Positions 9,882 through 17,582 of a DNA stretch of 64,000 bases are shown piece after piece. The notes below the pieces were generated by a model, which did no database searches, was not told the origin of the DNA, and saw only the letters and a list, made by a program, of their open reading frames with translations. Source of the stretch: a virus; the IMG/VR virus record IMGVR_UViG_3300035698_007508, positions 1 to 64,000 of that record, one strand, 5' to 3'. The position numbers and the translations under genes were made by a program. Position 1 is the stretch's first letter. Every line of letters begins with the position of its first letter.

Positions 9882-10299
9882 ACTGGTGAAGCTGACCGAG
9901 TCGTTAGGGCTGACCAGGCTATGACGTGTAGTCAAGTATAGTAATTTACGTACATTGAGCATTACCTATGTTAGTGATGTCGCAACCTACGTAAAATACG
10001 ACACTTACCGAGTTAGCGCTAGAATCGTCACAGTGCACCTGAGCGCCGGTAGACCATCGTCAGCATGGTGGCCTACCGGTGAATAGGTTAATGACTAGGA
10101 TTGTGATCAGAACTCACCGCTATAAACCATTGTATATCAACGGGTTGTGGCGGATGCGTGTAGTGGACTAAACAGAGGAGCGACTAGAAAGGGTGCCTCG
10201 GCTATAGGGCGGGCAAGTACTGCGATATACGTAGATTGCTAAAGATAAGCCCGTGGACGACGGTATACTCGACTAGAAACGCGCCAGAGAGGGGACCGG

Positions 10300-10635
10300 A
10301 TGTTACGCAATGAACCGTATGTGAAACCAGAGAACAGCAAGCCAACCAGGATCGTAGCGGCTGCTGTATTGGTAGACGGGCACTTCTGGACAGGGTGGCG
10401 ACACTATCGGCTGATCTACCAGGTCATCGTCGATATCGCGCAGCCTGTTCACCAGGACCAGCAAGGGTTCTGGACTGACGACAACAGATTTGTGACGAGA
10501 CCGGCCGCCGGCGCATTAGCGCTGCGGTACGGGCAACTGAGTAAGGATTACCCGCATGGTAAGACGCTGCTGAGCGAGTACCTGTGGGACGAGGATGGTA
10601 ACGCTAAGGAGGCTGACGCATGGAAAACAGCGTGA
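10300..10635 (+). CDS. Conserved phage hypothetical protein
   Basis: IVAAA...G.RH...QGFWT...RFV.R..A..LA...GQL...L.SE.LW pattern recalled from a common phage family. Confidence 0.7.
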   Translation: MLRNEPYVKPENSKPTRIVAAAVLVDGHFWTGWRHYRLIYQVIVDIAQPVHQDQQGFWTDDNRFVTRPAAGALALRYGQLSKDYPHGKTLLSEYLWDEDGNAKEADAWKTA

Positions 10636-11143
10636 ATGTAATGCTACATACCGAGAACGGGCTACTTTACCGCGGTGACGAGCAGCTCGGATCGCCCGAT
10701 GCGGACTACGCGGCTCGGGCACACGGCTTCAAGAACGCTGAACACCTGGTCAAGTACCTGGAAGGCGTGCAGCGCATGAACGCGCCGTGGCTTGAGCGGG
10801 CACGTGACACACACGTGGCACTGACGACATCGAGGTCGACGACAACGCTACGGTCAACATCAACAAGGAAGGCACATGGGTGGCCGCCTGGGTGTGGATA
10901 CCCAAGGAGGACGAGACCGAGTTCGAGCCTGACCCTGAGATGCGTGCTATTATGGAGCATACGGCGAAGCGGGCGGCCAATGGGCACTACTGCGGCGATT
11001 CGTACGAGATGCGGGTGCTGATCCAGCAGGGTCTGATGAAGAGCCTGGGTCGCAAGTCATTCGTACCGGACGAGTACTTCGGCCTCACGGCCGCGGGGCG
11101 CCGGTACTTGCAGGAGCATAAGGAGGATGGGGATGGTGCTTGA
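10620..11143 (+). pseudogene. Hypothetical gene(s) apparently split by a frameshift near 10815-10825
   Basis: Frame 10620 reads sensibly to ARDTH; the recognisable continuation GTDDIEVDDNATV...WVAAWVWIP is in another frame that has no start codon of its own. Confidence 0.5.
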
Positions 11144-11226
11144 TCAAGACCAACAGATAGCGATAGTCAAAACCCTGGGTAACCTGGCCTCCAAGTTCTA
11201 CACCGAGTCAAAGGAAAGGCGTCGTA

Positions 11227-11472
11227 ATGCGACCGCACACTAGACAGCTAGGCGAATGGATCGAGGAAGGTATCCGGATCCAGACTGCGCATCAGTACCA
11301 GAAGACAGGTGCTCACGAGTGCGCGCCGACAGAGTCCTTCAAGCGCGGCGTGCTTAGTCACGTCATGCGTCAGGGCCGCGGCACCTTAGACCCCGAGTGG
11401 GTGAAGAGGATGATTGAACACGATACGGCGGGTGAGTTCTACAGCCACTCACCGGGAACATGTGGAGGATAG
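11227..11472 (+). CDS. Hypothetical protein
   Basis: 81-aa ORF in the operon. Confidence 0.45.
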   Translation: MRPHTRQLGEWIEEGIRIQTAHQYQKTGAHECAPTESFKRGVLSHVMRQGRGTLDPEWVKRMIEHDTAGEFYSHSPGTCGG

Positions 11473-11620
11473 ATGGACGAAGCGACAAAGATACTACGCG
11501 CCGCCAGTCTGAGCGTGGCAGACAAGTCCGAGTTGTATGACCTGTACCGTGAGGACCTGGAGGAATACTCCGAGTCTACGGCGCTGGATAAGCTGCAGTC
11601 AGCGATGAAGGAGGTTGCCG

Positions 11621-11890
11621 ATGTCGATGGCTGAGGTACTGGCTTTACGTAACAGCCCTGAGAACCAACGGGCCAGGCTGATAGCAAAGCTGCTGGATCT
11701 TACGCCCCATGGAGAGGTAGGGGAGCTGGTGCTGGAGCTCAAGCGCGGTGACGATGTGTTCATGTCTGTCCCGCTTACGCACTTCGAGGTGCAGGTCAAC
11801 GTGGTACAAGCACCGGACGAACACGGGATACGGGTTCACCGACCGGGTGACAAGAAGATGCTGGTAGCAATGTGGAAGGAGTCAGAATGA
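11621..11890 (+). CDS. Hypothetical protein
   Basis: AAGGAGG SD before ATG 11621. Confidence 0.6.
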   Translation: MSMAEVLALRNSPENQRARLIAKLLDLTPHGEVGELVLELKRGDDVFMSVPLTHFEVQVNVVQAPDEHGIRVHRPGDKKMLVAMWKESE

Positions 11891-12084
11891 ACGAGACGTT
11901 ACAACGTGTGGCACGGGATTATCTTACGTATAATCTTCCACACCTATCAGTCGGGGCGCAGAACCTGTTCAGGCAGATGTACGCACCCGGCACGGATAAG
12001 CCTATCGCTGAGGTAGTGCGGGACATGCCGGCTGACAAGCTGGACTGGGCGATGACGCAGGTACGCAACACACTAGCCAAATAG
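11887..12084 (+). CDS. Small phage hypothetical protein
   Basis: ATGA coupling; Q.LFRQMY...I.EVV..MP.DKLDWAM.QV.NTL pattern. Confidence 0.6.
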   Translation: MNETLQRVARDYLTYNLPHLSVGAQNLFRQMYAPGTDKPIAEVVRDMPADKLDWAMTQVRNTLAK

Positions 12085-12092
12085 GAGGGTGC

Positions 12093-12701
12093 ATGACAAC
12101 AGCGATCGAGCTATGCATACCGACCAACACTGATGGATGGACAAGTCGTAGCATGCCCAAGAGTCAGTACGACGCTGCGCGACAGGTGTGTGCGCGATGC
12201 CCCGGTTACTGCTGCTACATGTTCTTCATGTCGCTGCCACTCAAGGGTAACGGCCAGATCGACCATGTCGCGTTAGGCGACTTGACCGGATTGGCTGAGG
12301 AGCTGCACGAACAGTGGAAGTACGGCGCAGCGTTCATCAAGGCGCATGTCAGGCGCCGGCGGGGACCCAAGCAGTATCGGGCTACCGCCGTGCAGTGCGA
12401 CGGTTACGACGCGTGCAACAAGACGTGCACGCTGTATGCCGAGCGCCCTTCCTTCTGCTCCAAGTACTTCTGCAGTGCTGCGCTTGAAGGACGTGTACCC
12501 GGCCGTGAGGCCTTCCCGTATCAGATACGGATGATGGTGAGAGCAGGATTGCTCGACCCCAAGAGTGTGCCCAAGACACGTAAGCCGTTGCCTATGAAGG
12601 ACTTACCGTATGACATGGGTGTAGCGGACGACATCGCGTATTGCGGTGACGTCATCGAGGAAGAGATGAAGGAGGAGGTATGCTGTGTCAAATCAGAATG
12701 A
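12093..12701 (+). CDS. YkgJ-like Cys-cluster (Fe-S or Zn binding) protein
   Basis: CARCPGYCC plus C...CTLYAERPSFCSKYFC, the CxxCxxCC / RPxxC arrangement of the YkgJ family. Confidence 0.75.
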   Translation: MTTAIELCIPTNTDGWTSRSMPKSQYDAARQVCARCPGYCCYMFFMSLPLKGNGQIDHVALGDLTGLAEELHEQWKYGAAFIKAHVRRRRGPKQYRATAVQCDGYDACNKTCTLYAERPSFCSKYFCSAALEGRVPGREAFPYQIRMMVRAGLLDPKSVPKTRKPLPMKDLPYDMGVADDIAYCGDVIEEEMKEEVCCVKSE

Positions 12702-12954
12702 TGGAATAGTAACAGGACAGCTGGTGTTCCGCGACAAGGGCGACGCGCCCGACGGTTCGGATCGTAAGCTGTTCATGGTAGTTGGCGTATTGGCCGTGCC
12801 CAGGGATCACTTCATCAAGGGCGAGCACCGGTACGTACTGGATGGTCACGACGAAGACCTTGTGCTGCATCAGGCCAGCGCGAAAGACGTGAGTGCCCGG
12901 ACTATCGGCAACAGCGCCAGCGGTATACTGTGCGCACCGATGTGGCAGATATGA
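12685..12954 (+). CDS. Hypothetical protein
   Basis: AGGAGG SD, GTG start. Confidence 0.55.
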   Translation: MSNQNDGIVTGQLVFRDKGDAPDGSDRKLFMVVGVLAVPRDHFIKGEHRYVLDGHDEDLVLHQASAKDVSARTIGNSASGILCAPMWQI

Positions 12955-13736
12955 GCACGTCACGCGTAGAGCTCGGTACGATCCTTGCGGTAGCGCGTGG
13001 GGATCGTGTGCGAGTCGGTTACAGCGGGTACAGAGTCAGGGGCCAACGGTTCGCCGGCGGTACCCATACGTTAATGACGCCCGACATGTGGATCAAGATC
13101 ACATGCAGGGTAATAGAGAACCGGGGCCATACGTTCCTGGTGGAAGGGGTAGGACCGATGGAGTTCATGTACACAGCGATGGACCCGAAAGGCACGAAAG
13201 TGTACGGGGTGGTGACAGCTGACGACCAGTCACAGGCTATTGGCAAGATCCAGGTTGATGGTAAGGTCGCGATTAAGGTGGCGAAAATCAAGGAGCGTCC
13301 GTTCAAGGCGTTACCAGCCGATCGTACTGCTCTAATAGTAAGACCGTGGTATAAACGGGTGGCTGGCTGGTTCGAGGGCGTAAAGCCTAAGGGTGTACCG
13401 CGTGATGTGTTTGACTGTACAGGACCACCGATGGTGAACCATACCAGCACGATCGACGTACGGGTAGCTACGCTACAGGAGCGGTATGCTGACGTACGGG
13501 TAGCTACACTACAGGAGCGGTACGATGAACTGCAGGAGCGGTACGCTGAACTGGTTTCGGCTAGCATCGAGCAACATGTGTTACTGCAGCGCGCACGTCA
13601 GCAGCTGCTGGATCTGGCAATAGCGTTCGAACCGGTAGATGACTGGTACGGCCGCGGCACCGAAGGCGATCGTTCGCTTGAGGACGCACTGAAGGATGCG
13701 ATAGCAGACCTACAGACATCGCGGACAGCGCGGTAG
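12951..13736 (+). CDS. Mosaic protein containing a PilC/GspF N-terminal-like segment and a coiled-coil repeat
   Basis: FMYTAMDPKGTKVYGVVTADDQSQAIGKI at about 13158-13290; duplicated DVRVATLQERY. Confidence 0.65.
   Translation: MSTSRVELGTILAVARGDRVRVGYSGYRVRGQRFAGGTHTLMTPDMWIKITCRVIENRGHTFLVEGVGPMEFMYTAMDPKGTKVYGVVTADDQSQAIGKIQVDGKVAIKVAKIKERPFKALPADRTALIVRPWYKRVAGWFEGVKPKGVPRDVFDCTGPPMVNHTSTIDVRVATLQERYADVRVATLQERYDELQERYAELVSASIEQHVLLQRARQQLLDLAIAFEPVDDWYGRGTEGDRSLEDALKDAIADLQTSRTAR
13455..13526 (+). repeat. 36-bp tandem duplication inside a CDS
   Basis: gacgtacgggtagctacgctacaggagcggtatgct followed by gacgtacgggtagctacactacaggagcggtacgat. Confidence 0.9.
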
Positions 13737-13856
13737 GCGGTGAAAACGGGTAGACACCTCCGGCCTGGATCATGTTGTGCAACCGCATAGCCGGACGCCT
13801 GTAGGATAAAATAATCGGGGTTCAAGTTCTCTGTGCGTTCACCCCAGTCCGCACCA
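13721..13856 (+). ncRNA. tRNA-like structured element with CCA end, carrying a 63-nt antisense segment
   Basis: GCGGAC/GTCCGC-A-CCA acceptor-like stem, GGTG-AAAACGGGTAGA-CACC D-like arm, TCCGGC/GCCGGA stem, GGGG-TTCAAGT...CCCC T-like arm interrupted by extra bases. Confidence 0.5.
13731..13793. repeat. 63-bp perfect inverted repeat, copy 1
   Basis: Exact reverse complement of 24745-24807; mismatches immediately on both sides. Confidence 0.95.
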
Positions 13857-13940
13857 TTTTAACCGTTCAAGTCAATAACACCCACAAGGGATAACACCGC
13901 TATGCGGTACAACACGCACTAAGTGCGAGAGGAGAGTGTG

Positions 13941-14123
13941 ATGAGCCACATTAGCGACATGACTGAGTTGCATGCGCAAGCGGTGCGCCTTAAGCAGTTA
14001 ATAGAGGAGCGCGTCTGCGTTGGCTGGTTCAATCTGTCGGCGGAGGAGAAGTTTGACTGGCATAAGAACGTGAATGCTGTGGTGCTGCGCATCCGAGAAT
14101 TATGGCCGCCGGAGGAGGATTAG
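13941..14123 (+). CDS. Small hypothetical protein
   Basis: GAGGAG SD. Confidence 0.55.
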   Translation: MSHISDMTELHAQAVRLKQLIEERVCVGWFNLSAEEKFDWHKNVNAVVLRIRELWPPEED

Positions 14124-14126
14124 GTA

Positions 14127-14468
14127 GTGTCCATGACTAGGGATCAGGTAATGAAGGCGATAGCTGACGGCGCGGACCCCAGTAGATTGGGCGCGCTGGC
14201 GCATCGCATCAAGGACTACGTGCAAGCAACGGGTCAGCACTGGGTGAAGACGCCACGCTATGACTGGCACAAGGCAACGCCACGTGAGCTGCGCTTAATC
14301 CGAGAGGGTAAAGTGCCGAGCCATCCGCGGCGAGCGTTCAAACCGGAGCCGCCCCTATGGGTGGTACAAGACAAGGACCGGAGCGTACCGATAGGGAGGA
14401 AGAAGCGGAAGAGCAGGAAGAGTTGGAAGTCACGCCGTAACCCGGCACAGATGCAGTTAAAACTGTAA
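14127..14468 (+). CDS. Basic hypothetical protein with Lys/Arg-rich C-terminus
   Basis: GGAGGAGG SD; RKKRKSRKSWKSRR tract. Confidence 0.6.
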   Translation: MSMTRDQVMKAIADGADPSRLGALAHRIKDYVQATGQHWVKTPRYDWHKATPRELRLIREGKVPSHPRRAFKPEPPLWVVQDKDRSVPIGRKKRKSRKSWKSRRNPAQMQLKL

Positions 14469-14486
14469 CAAGCGAAGGAGTATGCT

Positions 14487-15134
14487 ATGCGCATGGATGA
14501 CGGACCTGGCGCGGGAAGCTACAGTATCGACGATACACGTGCTGCGCGTAAGCGGTGCGTGCTTGGTGTATTCTGCGGTAATAATGCTGATGCGCAGCTA
14601 TTGCAGGACCGGTGGGAAGTACTGTTGGGTAATCCCAAATGGGGGACACGGTTTGAGATCTACCGTTACACCACTGTATTAGCGCGTTGTGGTGTGTGCG
14701 GTAAATGGACGCCAATATCGCATCTAACACGTGCTGATGATGGTTTCCACGGTTATGACGGTCGTGATGCCGACGACATCACGGCTATAGACGACGAGTG
14801 GGCGACACCGTTATGCACTAAATGCATAGATGTAGCGCGTAAAGCCTACGAGCGTATCGATGAATTCGCCGAGGCGTGGGGCGTTAATCCACGCAATGGC
14901 GAGTTCGAGTCTGATTGGTACGACGAGGACGAGGACGAGGAGGAGGAGGACGATTGGACTGTTAATTACGGCCCGAAAGAGTTCGAGATGCTGATGCGAG
15001 ATGGATGCGTCGGCACAACAGGAGAGAACCCTGTCGAGACCAAAGCGAACGCATATGTGGATAAGATGCGTGAGTTGATGGCCGCGCTGCCACAAGGTAT
15101 ACGGTATGTAGGGCCAGATCATTACGACTGGTAA
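14487..15134 (+). CDS. Hypothetical protein with CxxC pairs and an acidic tract
   Basis: AAGGAG SD; CGVC...CTKC; DEDEDEEEED. Confidence 0.7.
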   Translation: MRMDDGPGAGSYSIDDTRAARKRCVLGVFCGNNADAQLLQDRWEVLLGNPKWGTRFEIYRYTTVLARCGVCGKWTPISHLTRADDGFHGYDGRDADDITAIDDEWATPLCTKCIDVARKAYERIDEFAEAWGVNPRNGEFESDWYDEDEDEEEEDDWTVNYGPKEFEMLMRDGCVGTTGENPVETKANAYVDKMRELMAALPQGIRYVGPDHYDW

Positions 15135-15159
15135 TAATGCAATAACACGGAGGAGTTCG

Positions 15160-15786
15160 ATGAAGACGACACTGATAGCACTGATAGCACTGATGGCGGT
15201 CGCGGCAACTGCCGGGACCAATTGTATGACGCGCACCGAGATCTACGCCAGCCTGCAGACCAAGGCTTTGGCACGGGTGCACAGTTCCATCTGCGATGAG
15301 GACGCGAACGCCGCGCTGATTTGGGCATCGACCGTGACGCAGCTCCAAGCTGCTGAGCTGGCCGAGATCATGTTGGTGGCCAAGCGTACCGTGGTTCCGA
15401 ATCCGGAGCTGACGTTTCCCGCCCTCAAGCAGTTGGGTTTGTTCTGGCTCGGCCAGGAGCTGCGTGAGGAAGGCGCGACCGGCGGTAACATAATGAACCT
15501 GATCGAGGCATTCACATCCAGTGGCGTGTCCGCCCAGGTGATACAGGCCACCGTGCAGTCCGCGACGGAAGGATTTGTACAGGCGAGCCAGGCCAAGGCA
15601 CAGTACCAGGCGAAAGCCCGGGCAATGGCTGCGGCGATGGAGACCAAGTACGAGAAAACACGCAAGCGTGGCTACGGTCCCCTCATCCTGGGCGGCGCTG
15701 ACAAGGCGGCGGTCCGAGCCATGATCGAAGAGGGTAACAAGGCCGGGCACCACGTGCCGTACGAGCTGCGTGAACTGGAGGACTAG
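15160..15786 (+). CDS. Secreted/exported hypothetical protein
   Basis: GGAGGAG SD; signal peptide MKTTLIALIALMAVAATA. Confidence 0.7.
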   Translation: MKTTLIALIALMAVAATAGTNCMTRTEIYASLQTKALARVHSSICDEDANAALIWASTVTQLQAAELAEIMLVAKRTVVPNPELTFPALKQLGLFWLGQELREEGATGGNIMNLIEAFTSSGVSAQVIQATVQSATEGFVQASQAKAQYQAKARAMAAAMETKYEKTRKRGYGPLILGGADKAAVRAMIEEGNKAGHHVPYELRELED

Positions 15787-15874
15787 CGGCGCCGTCCTCT
15801 TAATACGTGTGTGCAACGCGTTATAATACTTTAGCGAGAGTTCGTATGTATCACCCAAACCAACAGGAGGCAGT

Positions 15875-16156
15875 ATGAAGAAACGGTTTCATAAACCGAG
15901 ACCGTCCGCGATGAGAGCCTGGCGCAAGCCGTCACCGGCAGCCATGGCCCAGTCAGAAGCACAACGACCCGTGATCGTGAACGGTACTGTGTACCCGCGT
16001 GTCGTACCTACCGAGACGATCTTGCACCACGGCGCCAAGCCGGAGGTTGTGTTCGTCACCCAGGCAGGCCCGGCCATCGGTACTACTTGGGATCGTGTTG
16101 AATCCGTGCGCGTAAACTACGGCCCCGGTCGTATCGCAGCACCAGCAGGAGTGTAG
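15875..16156 (+). CDS. Hypothetical protein
   Basis: AGGAGG SD. Confidence 0.6.
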   Translation: MKKRFHKPRPSAMRAWRKPSPAAMAQSEAQRPVIVNGTVYPRVVPTETILHHGAKPEVVFVTQAGPAIGTTWDRVESVRVNYGPGRIAAPAGV

Positions 16157-16157
16157 T

Positions 16158-16880
16158 ATGCATCAAGTACCGAATTGGAATCAGTGGTTCGCCACCATGG
16201 CGGACCATGTCAAGACCAAGTCCAAGGACCGCTCTACCCAGGTAGGCGCTGTCATCGTGGGCGAAGGGCATCACGTGTTGAGCGTGGGCTACAACGGATT
16301 CCCCCGTGGGATCGATGACGACATAGAGGAACGCCACGAACGTCCGCTCAAGTACTACCTGGTCAGTCACGCGGAGGAGAACGCTATCCTCCACGCTGCG
16401 CGACACGGTATCAAGGTGCTGGGTGCGGACCTGTACTGCACGACGCCGTTCATCTGCGCCGAGTGTGTCAAGGCTATCATTCAGGCTGGGATCGTGCGTA
16501 CGTTCGCGCCGGACCGGGAGATGCAAGCCTGTGGTGACGATTGGTACCGCTCGTGCGCCATCGGTCGTAACATGCTGCTCGAAGCAGGTGTTGAGGTCTG
16601 GCTCATGGACGACGCGGGCAGACAGGAACGCGTGACTGAACCGGCACGTGTACCGGATGCACCTGTGCCAAGCTTGGAACCGCGTACGGATCAGGACGCT
16701 ACCCAGTGGGATGCACTGGTCGACGCGCTGGAGGTGTACGGCAACAAGGAGGGCACCGAGGGTGAAGCTCAAGCAGTGGTACCGCGATACCATCACAGAT
16801 ATCTCCGGTGTCTGCAGCTCGATCTCCGAAGGCCTGGGGCGTACGACGCTCATGGTCGGCCTGGAGTACCAGGACGCTGA
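16158..16880 (+). CDS. Deoxycytidylate (dCMP) deaminase with C-terminal extension
   Basis: W...F...A....SKDRSTQVGAVIV, SVGYNGFPRG, zinc motif HAEENAI...PFICAECVKAIIQAGI. Confidence 0.92.
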   Translation: MHQVPNWNQWFATMADHVKTKSKDRSTQVGAVIVGEGHHVLSVGYNGFPRGIDDDIEERHERPLKYYLVSHAEENAILHAARHGIKVLGADLYCTTPFICAECVKAIIQAGIVRTFAPDREMQACGDDWYRSCAIGRNMLLEAGVEVWLMDDAGRQERVTEPARVPDAPVPSLEPRTDQDATQWDALVDALEVYGNKEGTEGEAQAVVPRYHHRYLRCLQLDLRRPGAYDAHGRPGVPGR

Positions 16881-17037
16881 GGGTGATCTGAAGATCGCGC
16901 AATTCGAAGAGCCGCGTCTCCAGCTGATCGCATCGCCGAGGGCGATCAAGCCCGCGGTCGCGAAGCGCATCGCGGCCGGTAAGCCGCATGGCGCTGGTTT
17001 CACGCAACGCGGCGCAAGCACAAGCATGGCTCTGTAA
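16762..17037 (+). CDS. Small phage hypothetical protein overlapping the deaminase tail
   Basis: AAGGAGG SD then GTG 16762; KL.QWYRDTIT..SGV...FEEPRL resembles a recalled small phage family (D.ITGF.G...FDE.RL). Confidence 0.55.
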   Translation: MKLKQWYRDTITDISGVCSSISEGLGRTTLMVGLEYQDAEGDLKIAQFEEPRLQLIASPRAIKPAVAKRIAAGKPHGAGFTQRGASTSMAL

Positions 17038-17044
17038 TAAGTGC

Positions 17045-17204
17045 GCGACAAGACCAGCCATGTTTGATGCATGCGATAAGGGCTATCTGTCATCTCAGTT
17101 ACGGGATGGCTGGTCCAACTGTCGTTCTGCCCGTAGCTGGGCGAACCCTGGGAGTGTAAGCGGCGAGTGGCATTCCCTACCCAACAAGGTAGCTCACACT
17201 CGCC
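17045..17204 (+). ncRNA. Candidate structured ncRNA
   Basis: Stems GACCAGCCAT/ATGGCTGGTC, GTTC-T-GCCC/GGGC-GAAC, GGCGAGTG/CACTCGCC enclosing CTACC/GGTAG; intergenic. Confidence 0.5.
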
Positions 17205-17240
17205 ACGTTTCAATAACACCCTAACAGAAAGGAATAGGGT

Positions 17241-17528
17241 ATGCGTGGATACGGAGAAAGCAGACGAGGAGCCGGGCGCCGTGGACAGACACAGTTCAAG
17301 AACACGGTGGAGACGCTGAACGCGTCGTTCGCCAGTAAGCTGGTAACGGCGGTTAAGAAGGCCTGTGTCGCAGGTCTGATCGACAGGCCCTACCACAAGG
17401 CGACGATGGCTGACATCGGCCGTGTACCCGCCAAGCGGTGGACGGCACTGCGCGGTGTGGGCGACGCCACGGCAGCCAAGCTGCACAACCATGCCCGCGC
17501 CTTCGGCGTGGAACCGGTGACGGCGTAG
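17241..17528 (+). CDS. Small basic protein with helix-hairpin-helix-like motif
   Basis: ALRGVGDATAAKL; AGAAAGGA SD. Confidence 0.65.
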   Translation: MRGYGESRRGAGRRGQTQFKNTVETLNASFASKLVTAVKKACVAGLIDRPYHKATMADIGRVPAKRWTALRGVGDATAAKLHNHARAFGVEPVTA

Positions 17529-17539
17529 TTAACCGAGTG

Positions 17540-17559
17540 GGCGGGCCTTCGGGCCCGCC
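17540..17559 (+). terminator. cUUCGg hairpin
   Basis: GGCGGGCC-TTCG-GGCCCGCC; weak U-tract. Confidence 0.55.
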
Positions 17560-17582
17560 TTGCTCAACAGATTGGACAACCC

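Noticed and set aside
13721-13856. Calling the element a canonical tRNA-Leu/Ser or a tmRNA
   Set aside because: The anticodon-position loop is about 25 nt, the T arm has a 14-nt insertion, spacing is non-canonical, and there is no G3-U70 pair or tag ORF
13861-13920. Possible mini-CRISPR array (ataacac repeats near the 63-bp spacer-like segment)
   Set aside because: Repeats are under 10 nt and irregularly spaced, do not flank the 63-bp segment, and no cas gene is present
15799-15827. Sigma70 promoter around TATAAT at 15822
   Set aside because: Perfect -10 but no credible -35 (CTTAAT) and no extended TG; too weak to list
3968-16880. Modified-base (uracil-DNA) genome inferred from ExoIII plus dCMP deaminase
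   Set aside because: Both genes are common in phages with normal DNA; no UDG inhibitor or base-modifying enzyme is recognisable here
17045-17204. Cobalamin or SAM riboswitch (given the B12-dependent RNR)
   Set aside because: The B12-box / GGGAA...GCCACTG and SAM-I core motifs are not present
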